Assembly (NCBI GenBank): GCA_963575745.1
Contig: CAUYUJ010000004.1
Coordinates: 62,001-126,000, forward strand
Source: Prorocentrum cordatum
Lineage: Eukaryota
DNA: 64,000 nucleotides
Direction: 5' to 3'
A model generated the notes under the pieces. The model did not search any database. It had not been told where the DNA came from and was given only the letters and a program-made list of their open reading frames with translations. Every line of letters begins with the position of its first letter. Position 1 is the first letter of the stretch. Shown piece by piece: positions 24,319 through 36,564 of this stretch. Both the position numbers and the translations under genes were made by a program.

Positions 24319-26350
24319 AGAGATGGGGAGCCCGCGGGGCAGCAGGGTGGCGAAGAGGGAGGAGGCGGCCACGTACTTCCTGGCATGAACGGCGATGGCG
24401 GCGGACGAGACTACCGACCGCAGGAAGAACCTCCCGGACGACAGGGAGGAGAGCAGACACGGGACATAGGTACTGATCCGTGGAGGGACGCAGCTGATGC
24501 TAGAGCTGCGACCTGGAACTGGTCGAATGGTCAAGCCTGGGGGAACTCGCGATATTGGAGAGGCTGGCCAGCTACCGACACCTACGCCACCAGGACGGTC
24601 GAGGCGGGCACGACGACCGATGACCTGGGCGTGTGGGACAGTTGGGGTGCGCATGCAGGGGCCCAGACGAGTGGGTGGCAAGATTGGCGAAGCGAGGACT
24701 GGTCGTACACGGGCTGGACGTCGCCGAATCGTAGCCGAGACTTTGGGCCGCCTTCTGCATGGCTGGGCTTCGACCACCTGGATCTGTATCGACACAATCT
24801 AAACGCATGGTCCCAGAGGACCGGCTACCAGGACTTCCAGCAGGCGGCGAAGGTGGTGGAGGCCTATCCCGTCGAGCTGCAGGCTAAGTTCATGGCCATC
24901 CGTTCGACCCTCGACGCAGCCGACGGGATTGCCAAGCTTCTCTCGCCCCTTTCTATTCTGAATGGAGAGCGCCCGGGCGACCGGGAACGAAGTGCACAGA
25001 ACTTGGCCTTGTTCGATCACATGATTCGCCGAGGAGAGACCCTCGCCGACTACGTCCCGCGACGGGACGCACAGATAGCCGAGGCTGAAGTACATGGACT
25101 GACGCTGCCGGACCCCGTCAGGGCGCGGTATCTGGAGGAAGGAGCGGCATTGACGAATCAGAATAAGATTAACCTCCGGACCATCACGCTGGGCCAGACC
25201 GACTTCGGGCGGCACTGCTGAAGTTGGACGTGACAGAGAAGCGAGTGCTGCCGGCGCCGCCTCCTGCTCCCTACAAGGCGTTCCCCGCCGAGGTGGAGGC
25301 CATCGAGGACTCCTTCTTCGAGGGCGACGACTTCGGGGACGAGCTCGAGATGGCGGAGGAGGAGGAGGAGGCCTTTCTGACGGCTCTGGAGACCCAGGAT
25401 CTGGACGAGCACGAGGTGTTTGACGTCCTGGCAGCGATCGTAGAGGAACGGTTTGGAAAAGAAAAACGACGCACATGGAAATAATCTCGGAAGCTCAAGA
25501 TGGCGAAGAAGGTGGACCGCGACTTCTTTGACCGCAAGAGAGCACGACCTGGGTTCAAGAGGCTTCTGGGCACGGATATCAAGGAAAGGTCTAGGTGCGC
25601 TAACTGTGGTGAGAAGGGGCACTGGGCGGACAGTTGTACCAGCCCCTATCGTGCCAAGAGCGACCGCCTGGCTGCCGAGAAAGACAAGCCCCGATCTTCG
25701 GGCACAGGCTTCTCAGCGACGACCTTCCTGTTCGAGAACGACGGCCGCGACGGATCCTTGATCAACTTCGCGGGCCAGGCTGGCTTTACTTCCGAGGACT
25801 GCCGCTTGACCAGCTACTGGGAGAAGTTCGTGATGGAGCGCGTGAAGGTGCCAGAGGACGTCGTCAGCTTCCTGAGCATGGAAGACGTCCCGGGCGCGGC
25901 GGCGCTGGTGGACGCCGCGGCGGCGCAGGCGCTGATCGGCAAGCCGGGCCTGGAGATCCTGGCCCAGGCGCTGCAGGCTCGCGGCTACAAGGTGAAGGTG
26001 GACCGCACCCCGGTGCGGGGAATGACGGCCTCCGGGATCGGAGGTCGCACGACGCCGATCGGCAAGGCCTGGGTCCCGGTGGCCATCGCGGGGTGCGGTG
26101 TCGTCGAGTTCCTGGTGCTGCCCCAGGCGTGCCCCCCGCTTCTCCCAGCACGCCTGTTGGAGATGATTGGGGCCAGCATCGACCTGAAGGCAAACGTCAT
26201 GACGGTGGACGAGGACGGCGAGAGGGTCGACCGTCCGCTGACCGTGCACCCCGCCGGCCACAGGTCCGTCGACCTCGTGCATCGCGACCCCCGGGAGTTC
26301 ACCCTGAGCGCGGGCCTGGTCGGCAAGTTCTCGATCGGCGACTTCTGCCT
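24313..26350 (+). pseudogene. gag: Copia gag, zinc knuckle and aspartic protease (frameshifted)
   Basis: Trp-rich gag N-terminus; CANCGEKGHWADSC (CCHC, ~25595-25636); protease ALVDAAAAQALIG (D-T/S-G/A-like, 25911) and PPLLP..LLEMIGASIDL. Confidence 0.85.
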
Positions 26351-26586
26351 GCGGCAGGGCCCAGGCCTGCCCGCCCGGCCTCCGGCCAGTGTGCGAGCAT
26401 GCTGTGGCGGTAGGCGTGAGGGGGGCAGCAGCGTAGGCAGCAGATCTTACTCATCCCCCCCCTCTCTCGTCGTCGCTCGGGTCTCGGGGGGCGGGGGTCA
26501 GCGGCCCAGCTCCAGCATGCAGCTCCTCTCGGCTCTAGCTACCAGATCCGAACGGAGCAGCGCGCCGACACCCGCCGGGGCTCGAG

Positions 26587-27666
26587 ATGGCGAAGAGCCC
26601 GAAGGCTGTCAAGACGGCGAAGGCGAAGGAGAAGCCCAAGACGGGTCGCACGGCGCTGGCCGGACTTCGCCGCAGGGCCCAGATGGTGGTCTCGGAGGGC
26701 GCCGAGGACCCCGGCCTAGACACGTTGGACTCGTGGGAGGCCGTGGGCGTGGAGCCCTCGAAGGAGGAGATCGAGAGGATGAACCAGGTGATGGAGGCCG
26801 AGGCGCTGAGCTACCAGGAGCAGTTGTGGTTCAACGAGGGCCTGTGCGCCGTGGAGCCGGTGCACCTGCGTTGGAGGCGCTTCGCGCTGAGGGCTCTCTG
26901 GCTGAGCCGGGCCTGCATCGGGATGATGGACGCGATGACGGAGTGCCTAGCGGCCCAGGAGAAGATGTCCATGGAGGATTGCGTGCACCCGCCTTGGGCC
27001 CGAGTCTCCACGGGGAACCAGCACGCCTGGTGGACGGACTGCACCCAGTGCGACTCCCGCCTGAGCTACCGCAAGAAGACCGAGGAGAAGGCGGAGATCG
27101 CGGCCCGCAAGGCGACGGAGCGCCAGCGCACCGAGCTCAACAAGGCCGCCAAGAAGCTCGCGCAGGACCAGTTGCAGGCGCTGATCGAGGAGCACGACAG
27201 CATGGGCCCCTGGACGCACCCGCTGCCGCAGCCGAGGCCGAAGGGACCGCCAGCCAAGAGTCGGCCTCAGGTAGTGCCGGAGACGGGCCCGCTCCTGGTC
27301 GACACGGGCGAGGGCTACGTTCCCAAGAAGGCTCCGCCAGCTGGTGCGCCGCTTCCAAAGCGTCACAACCCGCCTTCGCACATGCGAGCCATGACCGTGG
27401 CCGAGATGCAGCAGGCGATCTACGACATGACGACCGTGATAGAGTCTCAGAAGAAGGGAAACGAGGCCTGCTTCAACCAGATGGTGCAGATGGTCGCGAC
27501 TCAGACCGAGCACATTCGCGAGATGCAGCGGAAGATGGCCATCTCCCCGTCCAAGTTCAGCCTCGAGGACGGCGACATGCTGCGCCTGGTGACGCTGATC
27601 CGGGCGGCGGAGAGGGCAGAGAGGGAGGAGAAGGAGGCCGCCCACTCGCGTCCATCTCCCGGTTGA
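26587..27666 (+). CDS. Copia internal region with a CxH..GNQHAWWxxCxxC zinc-finger-like motif and coiled-coil-like segments
   Basis: Protein-like 359-aa frame containing CVHPPWARVSTGNQHAWWTDCTQCDSR, between protease and integrase. Confidence 0.6.
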   Translation: MAKSPKAVKTAKAKEKPKTGRTALAGLRRRAQMVVSEGAEDPGLDTLDSWEAVGVEPSKEEIERMNQVMEAEALSYQEQLWFNEGLCAVEPVHLRWRRFALRALWLSRACIGMMDAMTECLAAQEKMSMEDCVHPPWARVSTGNQHAWWTDCTQCDSRLSYRKKTEEKAEIAARKATERQRTELNKAAKKLAQDQLQALIEEHDSMGPWTHPLPQPRPKGPPAKSRPQVVPETGPLLVDTGEGYVPKKAPPAGAPLPKRHNPPSHMRAMTVAEMQQAIYDMTTVIESQKKGNEACFNQMVQMVATQTEHIREMQRKMAISPSKFSLEDGDMLRLVTLIRAAERAEREEKEAAHSRPSPG

Positions 27667-28399
27667 GCGACCTAGAGCCCGGCCTCCTGAGCGCCGAGCT
27701 GAGGTCCCGCCTAGGCCCAGTCGCGGCCCTGCCCGAGCACGTGTTTGCCCGCGACCTCGACGTTTACTGCAATCGTTTGGGGTTCAGATCAGGTTTCAGG
27801 AGAGATTCGAGGAGGGTTCTCGGTGTCTGGGACCTCGACCAGAAGAGGGAGGTCACTCGCGAAGAGGTCGTGGCGGCGAAAGGCTGGCAGCAAGTGCCTC
27901 TCCCTCGTGCAGGCAGCATTCGGTTTTTTACGGGCCTCGCGCTCCGCGCCAGCGGGGGAGGAGCTCCAGGGAATTCGATACCAGAAGGGGCCAGGTGGCT
28001 GGAGGTCAGGGACAGGTCCGGAGCCATTCTCGTCTCAGGACTCTTTGGAACCATCGGAGCCAGCGAGGCCGTCCAAAAGATAGGAACCGCAGGACGAGGC
28101 TCCTGTAGCGCGACGTTCTGGTGCGAAAAGAGCTCGAGCCAGACCGAGGAGGAGAGGAAGCAGCAGCAGGAGGAGCCAGCCAGAGGAAAGGAAAGCAGGA
28201 GGTTGATGATCATCGAGGAGGACCGCTTCGCGGCCGCGGCCCTAGATGGCCAGCTGAGCATCGCCCCTCCCAGGGCCACGATCCCCCGGCGTGTTCGAGA
28301 CGCTACCGCGCGTGCCTTAGATGGCCAGGGCCTCAGAGCGGCCCGGACCCTCAGGAAGCGCGAGCTCAAGAGGCTCGAGGAGCGCAGAGGCGGGGCGCT

Positions 28400-29030
28400 G
28401 GCCTTAGAGATTCCCCCCCCCCCCCCCCCGGGTTACCGCCGAGCTTAGGCGTCGAGGTTTCAGGGTCGCGGAGGCGATGGACGTTCTCACTGGGGTGGAC
28501 CTGGGGGCCGCCAAGGGGGCGGCCAAGCTTTCGGTTGTGCTCGAGCTGGAGGCCCCGATGTTCGTGGCCATGTCTCCGGTGTGCAAGGCCTTCTCACAAG
28601 CTCGGGTCCCCAACTGGGGGCGGATGGACCCGGGACGGCAGCAAGAAGAGGAGGTGCGAGGCCTAAGATACGTTCACTTGTGCATGCGCGTAGCTGAGTA
28701 TCAGGCGTCCCGGGGCCGGTTTTTCGCGATGGAACATCCTTGCGCGGCGAGCTCCTGGGAGCTTGAGCTGCGCGTGCGGTCCGGGCCCTGCCCGGGGTTG
28801 GCGCGATCTCATTCGACCAGTGCGAGTTTGGGTTGAAAGTCTCCCCGGATTCGCCCCTGCCCTCTCGGAAGAGGACTACCATCATGAGTAATAGTCCCGA
28901 TTTTCTCCTGTGCTGTGATCGCCAATGTTCGGGTAAGCATGCTCATCTCTCTTTAGTCGGCTCCGCCAGGACGAAGCGGTCGGAGATCTATCCTGAGGCG
29001 CTGGTGACCGCGATGGCGACGGGCATCGAG
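28400..29030 (+). pseudogene. C5 cytosine DNA methyltransferase-like domain inside copia pol (frameshifted)
   Basis: ALEI-(C run)-PRV (motif I-like), MDVLTGVDL, MSPVCKAFS (motif IV Cys, 28582), FAMEHP (ENV-like, 28732), DQCEFG (28815), RKRTTIMSN, EIYPEALV. Confidence 0.6.
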
Positions 29031-29259
29031 CTGGCCGCGTGGCATCGCCTTGGTGCTGCTGTCAGCGCTCTCGGGGAGGTCGAGTCTACTGAGACCTCGG
29101 GCGACGAGCTCGCCTCCTTTCCGGTGGACGAGGTGGAAGGCCCGGCGGAAGCCATGGAGGACGGAAGCAGTGGCGACGAGCAGGAGACTCGACCTCCCCC
29201 CCGGAAGGGCGAGTCCGGCCCCGGGCCGAGGGGCCCGGAGCCTGAGCTCGATCCTGACC

Positions 29260-30330
29260 TCAAGCGAGAGGTCGAGCGTCTGCACGTTAATTTGGGGCAC
29301 CCCCGCCGGGAGGATTTCCTGAGGGCTTTGAGAATTGCGGGGGCTCGGATTGACGTGTTGAGGTGGGTCAAGGACGGTTTCAGGTGTGACCAGTGCGAGT
29401 CCCATGCTCGCCCGGGGTGGAGACGTAAAGCGCACTTACCGCACACTTACGCCTTTAATACAATGGTTGCTATTGACCTCTTCTACCTTGATGTGGACGG
29501 GGTTAACACCCCGGTCATGGACGTCGTTGACCACGGCACCTCGTTCCAGCAATGCGTTCTCGTGAGCGACGATGCTTCGAGGTCTGTTTGGGGGGCTTTC
29601 ATGAGATACTGGGTCCGACCGTTCGGAGTCCCCGAGATGCTGATGTGCGACGGAGGCGCCGAATTCGAAGCTGTTTTTGCCCGAGGTGCGGAGCGCCTCG
29701 GCATCTTCGTTCACGTGGTGCCAGCTAACTCACCTCATCACAACGGGAAGTGCGAACGTCACGGGGGGATCGTGAAAGAAGCTTTGTCGAAGGCGGCCCA
29801 GGGGTGCAACCCTACGTCTCGTGACGAGGCGGATTTGCTGCTGTGCGAGGTGGTAGCGGCGAAGAACCGCAGCTTCCATCGCGGTGGTTTTTCGCCGTCA
29901 CAGCTCGTCTTCGGCGAGAACCCTCGCCTTCCAAGAAGCCTCTTGTCCGACGACGGGTTCGACCTTGTCGGTTCAGAAGACATCCAGCCCGGAGCGGCGG
30001 ACAGTGACCTGGCGGCGGCCACCTTCGCTCGACAGCATCGGATCAGGGAGGCCGCCCGGAGATCGCTCGCCGCTCTGGATGCTCGCTCGAGACTTGCTGA
30101 GGCGTCGCTGGCCAGGAAGCACGTGGACCGCTCCTTTTCCCGGGCCAGTGGGTCTACGTGTTTCGTCGTATCACATCGTCGAACCGATCCCACTCGCTGC
30201 AGAGAGACAGGTGGACGGGACCGGGGGTGGTGGTGTTTCAGTCTGGGGGCCCCGGGGGGACCGTGTGGGTGGCTATGCGGGCGCGACTGCTCAAGTGCTC
30301 GGCCGAGCAGGTGCGGCCGGCGACACGCAG
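29260..30330 (+). pseudogene. Copia integrase (HHCC and DDE)
   Basis: LHVNLGHP...CDQC; AIDLF, CDGGAEF, NGKCERHGG; GFSPSQLVFG. Confidence 0.92.
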
Positions 30331-31389
30331 CGAAACTTTGGGAGCAGAGCTCCTCGAGAGCTCGAGTTTTGACCGCTTGCGCGAGCAGATTAAGAATCCC
30401 GCTCGGCGATCCGGCGCCATTGACGTGGCAGCCGAGGGTCCTCCTCTTCCCGAGGCATGGGACGTGCCCGAGGCCTCTGCTGCCGTGCCGCCGTCCCCGG
30501 AGACCCGCGTGCTGTCCGAAGCCGGGATCGAGGGTGCGGCGCGGGTCCGTGAGCCCGCCCCCAGTGTCGGTAGCGCAGACGTCACCGGTCTCTCGTCGGG
30601 ACCGGCGATGTCTCGCCTGATGTCCGGGGGTTCTTCCGCGTCTGTTGGGCCCGCCTTGGAAGCCGGAGGATCGGCCCCGAGGGGGCCTGGCTCGGCCTCC
30701 CGCCGGCCCGAGGCGGACACCGCCGGATCCCACGAGCGCGGGGGGCCCCCTTTCCAGCGTCCGCGGCTCACGCCTATCGAGGAGGCCTCCCCTACCCCGG
30801 GAGCCGTCCTCAGAGCTGTGCGCGAGAGAGAAGCGGCGACCGAGCTCCCGGAGGACCTTCGCAGGGCTCTGGACGCTCCGGCTCCGCCTCCCCAGCCGAT
30901 GGACTTGGGGAGATATGTCAATCGAGGTGCCGACGCCGGGGACCCCGTCGGGGGTCGGGGCGGATCTGGAGGGAACGATCAGAGGTTGTTTAGACCCATA
31001 GGCTCAGGGCGAGAAGTTTCCGTCCCTCGGGCCAGGCGCGCTCCGAGCTCCGTGCCCCCGCGAGACGCGGAGGCCGAGCCAGCCTCCGGGCAGGCCGTGC
31101 ATCGAGCTCGAAGTCGATCCCCAGGTCGGACCGAGGCCCTGGAGACCGAGGACCCGTCGCTCCAGACGGAGATGGAGGGCCCTCCCGAGGGCCCGGACCT
31201 CTGGGACGAAACCGATGATGACCAGGATCGAGGATTGATCGACGAGCTCCGTGAATGGGGGTCGACGGTCGGTGGCCTCGACCTCTCGACTTTTCTGCAT
31301 TTGAACGGTCCAGCCGAGGCCAAGGACGGCGCGACCTTTGCCGCCGGTGCCTCGGTTGACTCTTCCAAGCCTCCCAACCCTCGTGGAGC

Positions 31390-33050
31390 TGAGGTCCGCT
31401 GGAAAGACTTGACAGCGGACGAGCGCCGCGATTTCGAGCAGGCCGATCTTAAAGAGTGGCAAGCCACGTTGTCCACGGGGTCTGTTAGGGTGCTTTCCCG
31501 GGAGGAGTCCCGAGCCGTTCGGCGGAGGCATCCGGACCGGATCCTGAGCTCTAGGATGGTGCGGAGAAAGTAGCCCGTGGAGGGAGTTGGGGAAAAACCA
31601 GTCGCGAAGTCCAGGTGGTGCGTTCATGGCCACCAGGACCCAGACGGGGAGTCTTTGCGAGTGTATGCCCCCGCCCCTCAGACCGAGAGCGTGGTTATGA
31701 CGTTGCAGGTTATCGCTTCACACGGGTGGACCCTGAATATAGCCGACGCTAAGAATGCGTTTTGCCAGAGCGAGAAGCTGAAACGACCCAACTCGTGGAG
31801 CCGTGTCAGGGCCTGCCGTTCTCTTCGGATCAACTGATCGAGCTTGTTGCGCCAGTGTACGGCCTCAACGATGCTCCGCTTCTCTGGCGCAGGACGTTGA
31901 CAGATTATTTAGCGACCCTGGGTTTCCAAAAATCGATGCTGGAACCGTGTTTATGGTTAAAACGTGACCGCTGGGGGGCCCTTGAGGGTCTGATCGTGAT
32001 CGAAGTTGGCGACCTGATCGTTGCTGGCACTAAGGAGTTTGATCCTGGACTCAGGAAAAGTTTGACCTCCAGATTCCACTTCGGCAAGTGGCAGGAGTCC
32101 GAGGCGGACTACGGGGGAAGGCATTTTAAGCAGTATAGCGATCGCATTTCCATAGATCAAGAGAAGTACATTCGCGAACAATTGTCGGTGCTCCATCTGG
32201 ACAAAAGCCGCAGGGCCAACGTGGAAGCCCCCCTTCACCCCAGAGGAAGTGCGAGGCCGTGATCGCCCAAGTTCAGTGGGTAGCACGCGAATCACGTCCC
32301 GATGTGGCGGGCGGAGCCTCCCTGCTAGCTTCCGCGATGCCACACCCCACGGTGGCGGACGGACTGATGCTCGTGAAGATGTGTCGTTACCTGAAGGCTA
32401 CCGCCTCGCAGCGTCTCACCGTCTGGGCCCTGGACCCTCAGTCTGTCTTGTTCGTGACCGCCTCTGACGCGGGAGGTCCCAGGAGCGCGAAACGTGGCGG
32501 GGCCCAGGGGGCCTGGTTGGTCCTGGCGGCCGACTCCAGGATCCGCAACAATGTGCGTGCTCGTGTTTCCCTCTTGTCCTGGAGATCCCAGAGGTTGAAG
32601 CGCGTGGTGGCTTCCACCGTGGCGGCGGAGACTCTTTCTCTCAGCAGTGCTGTGGCGGAGGCCCCGTGGCTGCAAGTGCTGTGGCGCGACGCCGTGTATG
32701 GCGACGTGCCCCGACCTGACTGGTATCAGGTAGCCGCTCCATTCTCGGTCATTTTGCCTCGAGAATGCTCGCTGGGGGAAAAGGCCGAGGCCCTTTCCGT
32801 GGTCGATGCGAAGAGTGTGTTTGACACTCTGTCCCGGAATACGGTAGGCTCTCGCGCGGACCGGCGGAATTCAGTGGAGTTGGCGGTAGCAAGAGACAGC
32901 ATGGCCAGCGTCGGCTCGTCTGTGAGATGGCCCCCCCACGGCCGCATGCCGGCCGACCCCCTTACCCGCGCGGACCCAGGCAAGGGGATTTTGGCCTCCA
33001 CGATTTACTTTGTAGGGGGGCCCTGTGCTTGGTGGACGAGGGGGGACATA
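31390..33050 (+). pseudogene. pol: Copia RT and RNase H (stop and frameshifts)
   Basis: AKSRWCVHGHQDPD, ADAKNAFCQ, VYGLNDAPLLW, IEV(G)DLIVAG; SDAG, KRVVASTVAAE, DAKSVFD, MPADPLT. Confidence 0.9.
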
Positions 33051-33434
33051 TGAACGAGAGGGCACTCAACCTCTCGTTGAAGTCACGTTCCCGGGGGGCC
33101 TCTCGCAGAGCTCTTATTGACGAGGCCCCGAGGAGGGATGAGGGTGATCGGGGGCCCCCTCATGACCAGAAGCAGGAGGAGGAGAAGGAGGAAGAGGAGG
33201 GCGGAGAAGGAAAGAAAGAAGAAGAGACAGGAGACGCCCTGAGCGCGGCGACGCAGAAGGAGGAAAGGGAGGAGGCGAGGAGGAAGGAGCGGAGGAGCCC
33301 GCCCGCGCCGTCAGCCCCCGGAGAGGGCAAGGCTGGCGCGGCGGCAGGACCCGTCTTCCTCGGCTACGAGGCCGGGGCCGTGGTGTGGGCGGACAGGGGC
33401 CAGGGGGAGTCTAGCACGCTAGAGTTTGGGCCGC

Positions 33435-33598
33435 TGTCCCCCGTCTCCTTCGTGCCCCCTCCGTCGTTGTCCCTCCGTGCTAGCCTCCCTGCAGCTCATT
33501 GGCTTAGAGGCGCCCAAGGCGCCAGGCTGTGCCCATGCCCCTCTCCGCGCCCCCTCGCTGACACAAAGGTCCCTGTCCTCTCCCCTCCTGCGCCAACA
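33435..33598 (+). repeat. 3' LTR (164 bp)
   Basis: Direct repeat of 24132-24296, followed by TSD CCGA. Confidence 0.95.
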
Positions 33599-33734
33599 CC
33601 GAGGGCGGCCGCGAGCGCTGGGGGCAACGCTCCGTTGCTCCAGGGGCCCGCCCTTCTGGATGCCGATTCCGCTGCTCAGGGGCCGCCTCGTGTACAGCCG
33701 GGGCCAGCAGCGGCGAGGCCTCGGCCTAGCCCCT

Positions 33735-35036
33735 TCACTGGTGGCGGGGCAGGCAGTGGGGGTCGGAACAGCCCACTGCGCCCTTCGGGCAACCTGGCTC
33801 GCAGCACAGGTGCCGCCCCTTCGCGCACCGCTGACCAACCTGTGCATGGGGGCACCCGTGCGGAAGGTTGGCGTCGAAGCAGTACGGCTGCCCATCTGGC
33901 GTCTGCCGGTTCTTGCCGATCAGGCCCCTGGGCATGGGGGTGCGTTTGCCCTTGCCCGCTCCCTTGGGCGCCGCGGCGGCGGGCGCGTTCTCTGCTGGCT
34001 TCTGCCGCTTGTTGCCCGCCTGCCTCTGCCTGGACTCCTTGCGCTTTTCTGCCCTTGTCCTCGCCGGGACCTGGTCGCCCTGCCGGTCTTCGCCCGGAGC
34101 GCTCGCGACGCCGCCGCCTCGCGGCGCTGCTGCCTTCGGCAGCGGCGTCAGGATCAATGCGATGCGCGGGTGGTCAAGGAGAGTCGGGACCAGCTCGTCC
34201 AGCGGCCACTTTCCGTCGCTGCCGGGGCGGATCCCTGCGAGCTCGGTGCGCTTCGCCAGCAAACGCCGCATTTCGACGTCCGCACGCTTGATCTGGTCCA
34301 GCGTGGGGGGGTTGTAGGCCGGGTCCGGGCTGCTGCCTGTGAGTTCCGCCAGCCACCGCTGCTGGATCTTCTGGTGCACTTCCAGATGCATTACCCGCCC
34401 GGCCTCTGCCGCCACGCCGCGCCGAACCAACGCCTGGCACAGGCGGAACTCGGTGCCGTAGTCGGCCGACGCGGCCGACCGCGAGGGGACGTGCCTGACG
34501 TAGCCTTGGGCGTCTTCTTGCCACTCTGTCGGCTTCTTGCCCGAGCTCTTGGCATCCTCTTCGGCGCGCGAAGGGATGTCAGCCCAAGGGGCATACTTGA
34601 CCTGGTTGTCCTCGTACATTTGGGCGAATGCATTGACCGTTGCGCGCGCCGGTTCAAACTGCTCCCGGATGTTGAGGCCAGGGGCGACCTTCTTGCGCAC
34701 AGCGTCGATGCGCGACGCCACCTCCCTGGCTGGGAGGGACATTGGCGGGTCGTCGTCGCGACGGTCGACCTCGCGACGCATGCTGGCGCAAGAATGGGTC
34801 CAGCAGTCCCAGAACAAGCGTCGGAGTGCTGTGTGATGGCGGGACTGGGCGTCAAGGGGAACGAGAACTTCTCGTTGAAATACTTTTTGGTCTGGGTTGC
34901 CGCCGGCCTGAACCGGGCGGGCGAAGGCGAAGAACCCCATCGTGGTCCAACATTTCTCGTCAAATTTTGGCCACAAATCTCCAAGGCCAAATTTGTCAAC
35001 ACGTTCCCGGAAGACGGCCGCGCTGTCGAGCGCCAT
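33735..35036 (-). CDS. DIRS gag-like protein with a C-terminal Cys/His cluster
   Basis: Open frame MALDSAAVFRERV...ALRRLF...KGKRTPMPRGLIG...YCFDANLPHGC..C.KGRHLC..PGC..H, directly upstream of the RT once the copia is removed. Confidence 0.78.
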   Translation of the reverse strand: MALDSAAVFRERVDKFGLGDLWPKFDEKCWTTMGFFAFARPVQAGGNPDQKVFQREVLVPLDAQSRHHTALRRLFWDCWTHSCASMRREVDRRDDDPPMSLPAREVASRIDAVRKKVAPGLNIREQFEPARATVNAFAQMYEDNQVKYAPWADIPSRAEEDAKSSGKKPTEWQEDAQGYVRHVPSRSAASADYGTEFRLCQALVRRGVAAEAGRVMHLEVHQKIQQRWLAELTGSSPDPAYNPPTLDQIKRADVEMRRLLAKRTELAGIRPGSDGKWPLDELVPTLLDHPRIALILTPLPKAAAPRGGGVASAPGEDRQGDQVPARTRAEKRKESRQRQAGNKRQKPAENAPAAAAPKGAGKGKRTPMPRGLIGKNRQTPDGQPYCFDANLPHGCPHAQVGQRCAKGRHLCCEPGCPKGAVGCSDPHCLPRHQ

Positions 35037-35979
35037 AGGGCCAAACGGTAGCGACTCTAATGACGCGGGGCCGCAGGCTAAACCAACGGTACAGAGGCTA
35101 AGCCCAAAACTACGGACGAACGACAATGCATCCCTGCTGGCACGCGCCCTTCGCGATACCAGGCATCGAACGACGCGTCGCGACGGCGCGCCCTTCGCAC
35201 CGTTTCGCGGCTTGCCACTCGAGGCGACGCGCCCTTCGCGACGCCATGGATCCAACTGTGGGGGGCGGGGGTGATCGCCCACCAACTGCTGCGAATAGCA
35301 ATCCCAACCGGCGATTGGCAGGGAGTCATCGTCGGCCCGACCAAAGCCGCCATTACTTCCGACTGAAGGCTAACGAGACAATCCAAGCGTGGCTTGCGAC
35401 TTTACTCGTGCACATACACTAAGGCACGATTATCTCCGCGACGCTGGCTCGAGGATGGATCTGAACACTTCGCAGCCTAGTGGTGGCCGAATTTCGGCCA
35501 CGCTCGCAGGACAATTAACCTGGCGAAGGACCCAGCAGCTGCGAGTACCGCGTTGTGGGCACCAAGGAACGCGGGGCACCGTCTCCTCAAAACGAGGACC
35601 CACCATGTCGAGCCTACATGCCTAATACAGGCATCGACGCAAGCTGTGGGAACCCCCAGCCGGCTGAGACATAGCTTATGTTGTTGTGCAAGCGTTGCAA
35701 GCGAGAGCAGGGTACGTGAGCGATACAGAGGTTGCTGAGAATGCGCAACATGGTTTTAATCACGTTGAAACATGTTGGGGAATTATATATTATACAATGA
35801 TACACATAGAAATACAATACATTTGCAAGTAGGCCAAAAACAAACTGCACATGTAATCATTCACCGCTGGGTGAGGTGATGTCATCAGGTGCCAGACAGA
35901 AATTGCTGCAGTTATGGCACCATTTCGCACCGAATCCCCTGTGGCGCGCCATCCGCAGCACCAGCGGCCACCCTCACAG

Positions 35980-36450
35980 CAGTGCGCATTCGCACGGCCG
36001 TTCCTGAGGTGGCTACTCATTATAAGCACTGCATCGCAACGGCGCGCCCTCCGCACCGCCGCTCCGCCAGCTACAACCCTGGTGCCGCGCCATTCGCGAC
36101 ACCAGCCGCACAGGAACCACCCGCACAACGGCGCGCATTCGCACCGTCGTTCCGGTGGCTATGATACCCAGCAACGCATCGCAGCAGCGCGCCATTCGCA
36201 CCACCGCTCCGCGAGCTGCCGCCCTGGTGCCGCGCCCTTCGCGGCATAAGCTGCTCAGCAGCCACTCGCGCAACGGCGCGCATTCGCGTCGTCGTTCCAG
36301 TGGCCACAACTCTAAGTACGCATCGCAGCGGCACGCCCTTCGCACCGCCGCTCCGCGAGCTGCAACCCTGGTGTCGCGCCACTCGCGCCACTGACTTCCT
36401 TGCAGCCATCTTCGCCACAGCACGCATTCGCACCGTCGCTCCAATGGCGG
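35980..36450. repeat. Degenerate ~146-bp tandem repeat (about 3 copies)
   Basis: gcgcattcgca..cgttcc.gtggc recurs at ~35984, 36133, 36278 and 36423. Confidence 0.7.
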
Positions 36451-36564
36451 CCAACATGATTAGCGCAGCTGCAGCCGCATACGGCCGCACCCCGCCTCTT
36501 TTCTCTGGTACCATAGCCGATTCGGTGCGGGCAGGCCGCGGGTGCCAATTGTCGCGGCGCTCAC

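Larger units (their letters stand above)
24132..33598 (+). mobile_element. Full-length, decayed Ty1/copia LTR retrotransposon, 9.5 kb
   Basis: LTRs 24132-24296 and 33435-33598 (TG...CA); 4-bp TSD CCGA at 24128-24131 and 33599-33602; gag, PR, IN, RT, RH in copia order. Confidence 0.95.

Noticed and set aside
22863..24320. Long plus-strand ORFs opposite the DIRS RT and gag (also 33426-35051)
   Set aside because: Antisense shadows of GC-rich coding sequence with no recognisable motifs.
26350..27660. Middle of the 982-aa ORF 25500-28448 as real protein
   Set aside because: Gly/Arg-rich shadow frame; the protein-like frame here is 26587-27666.
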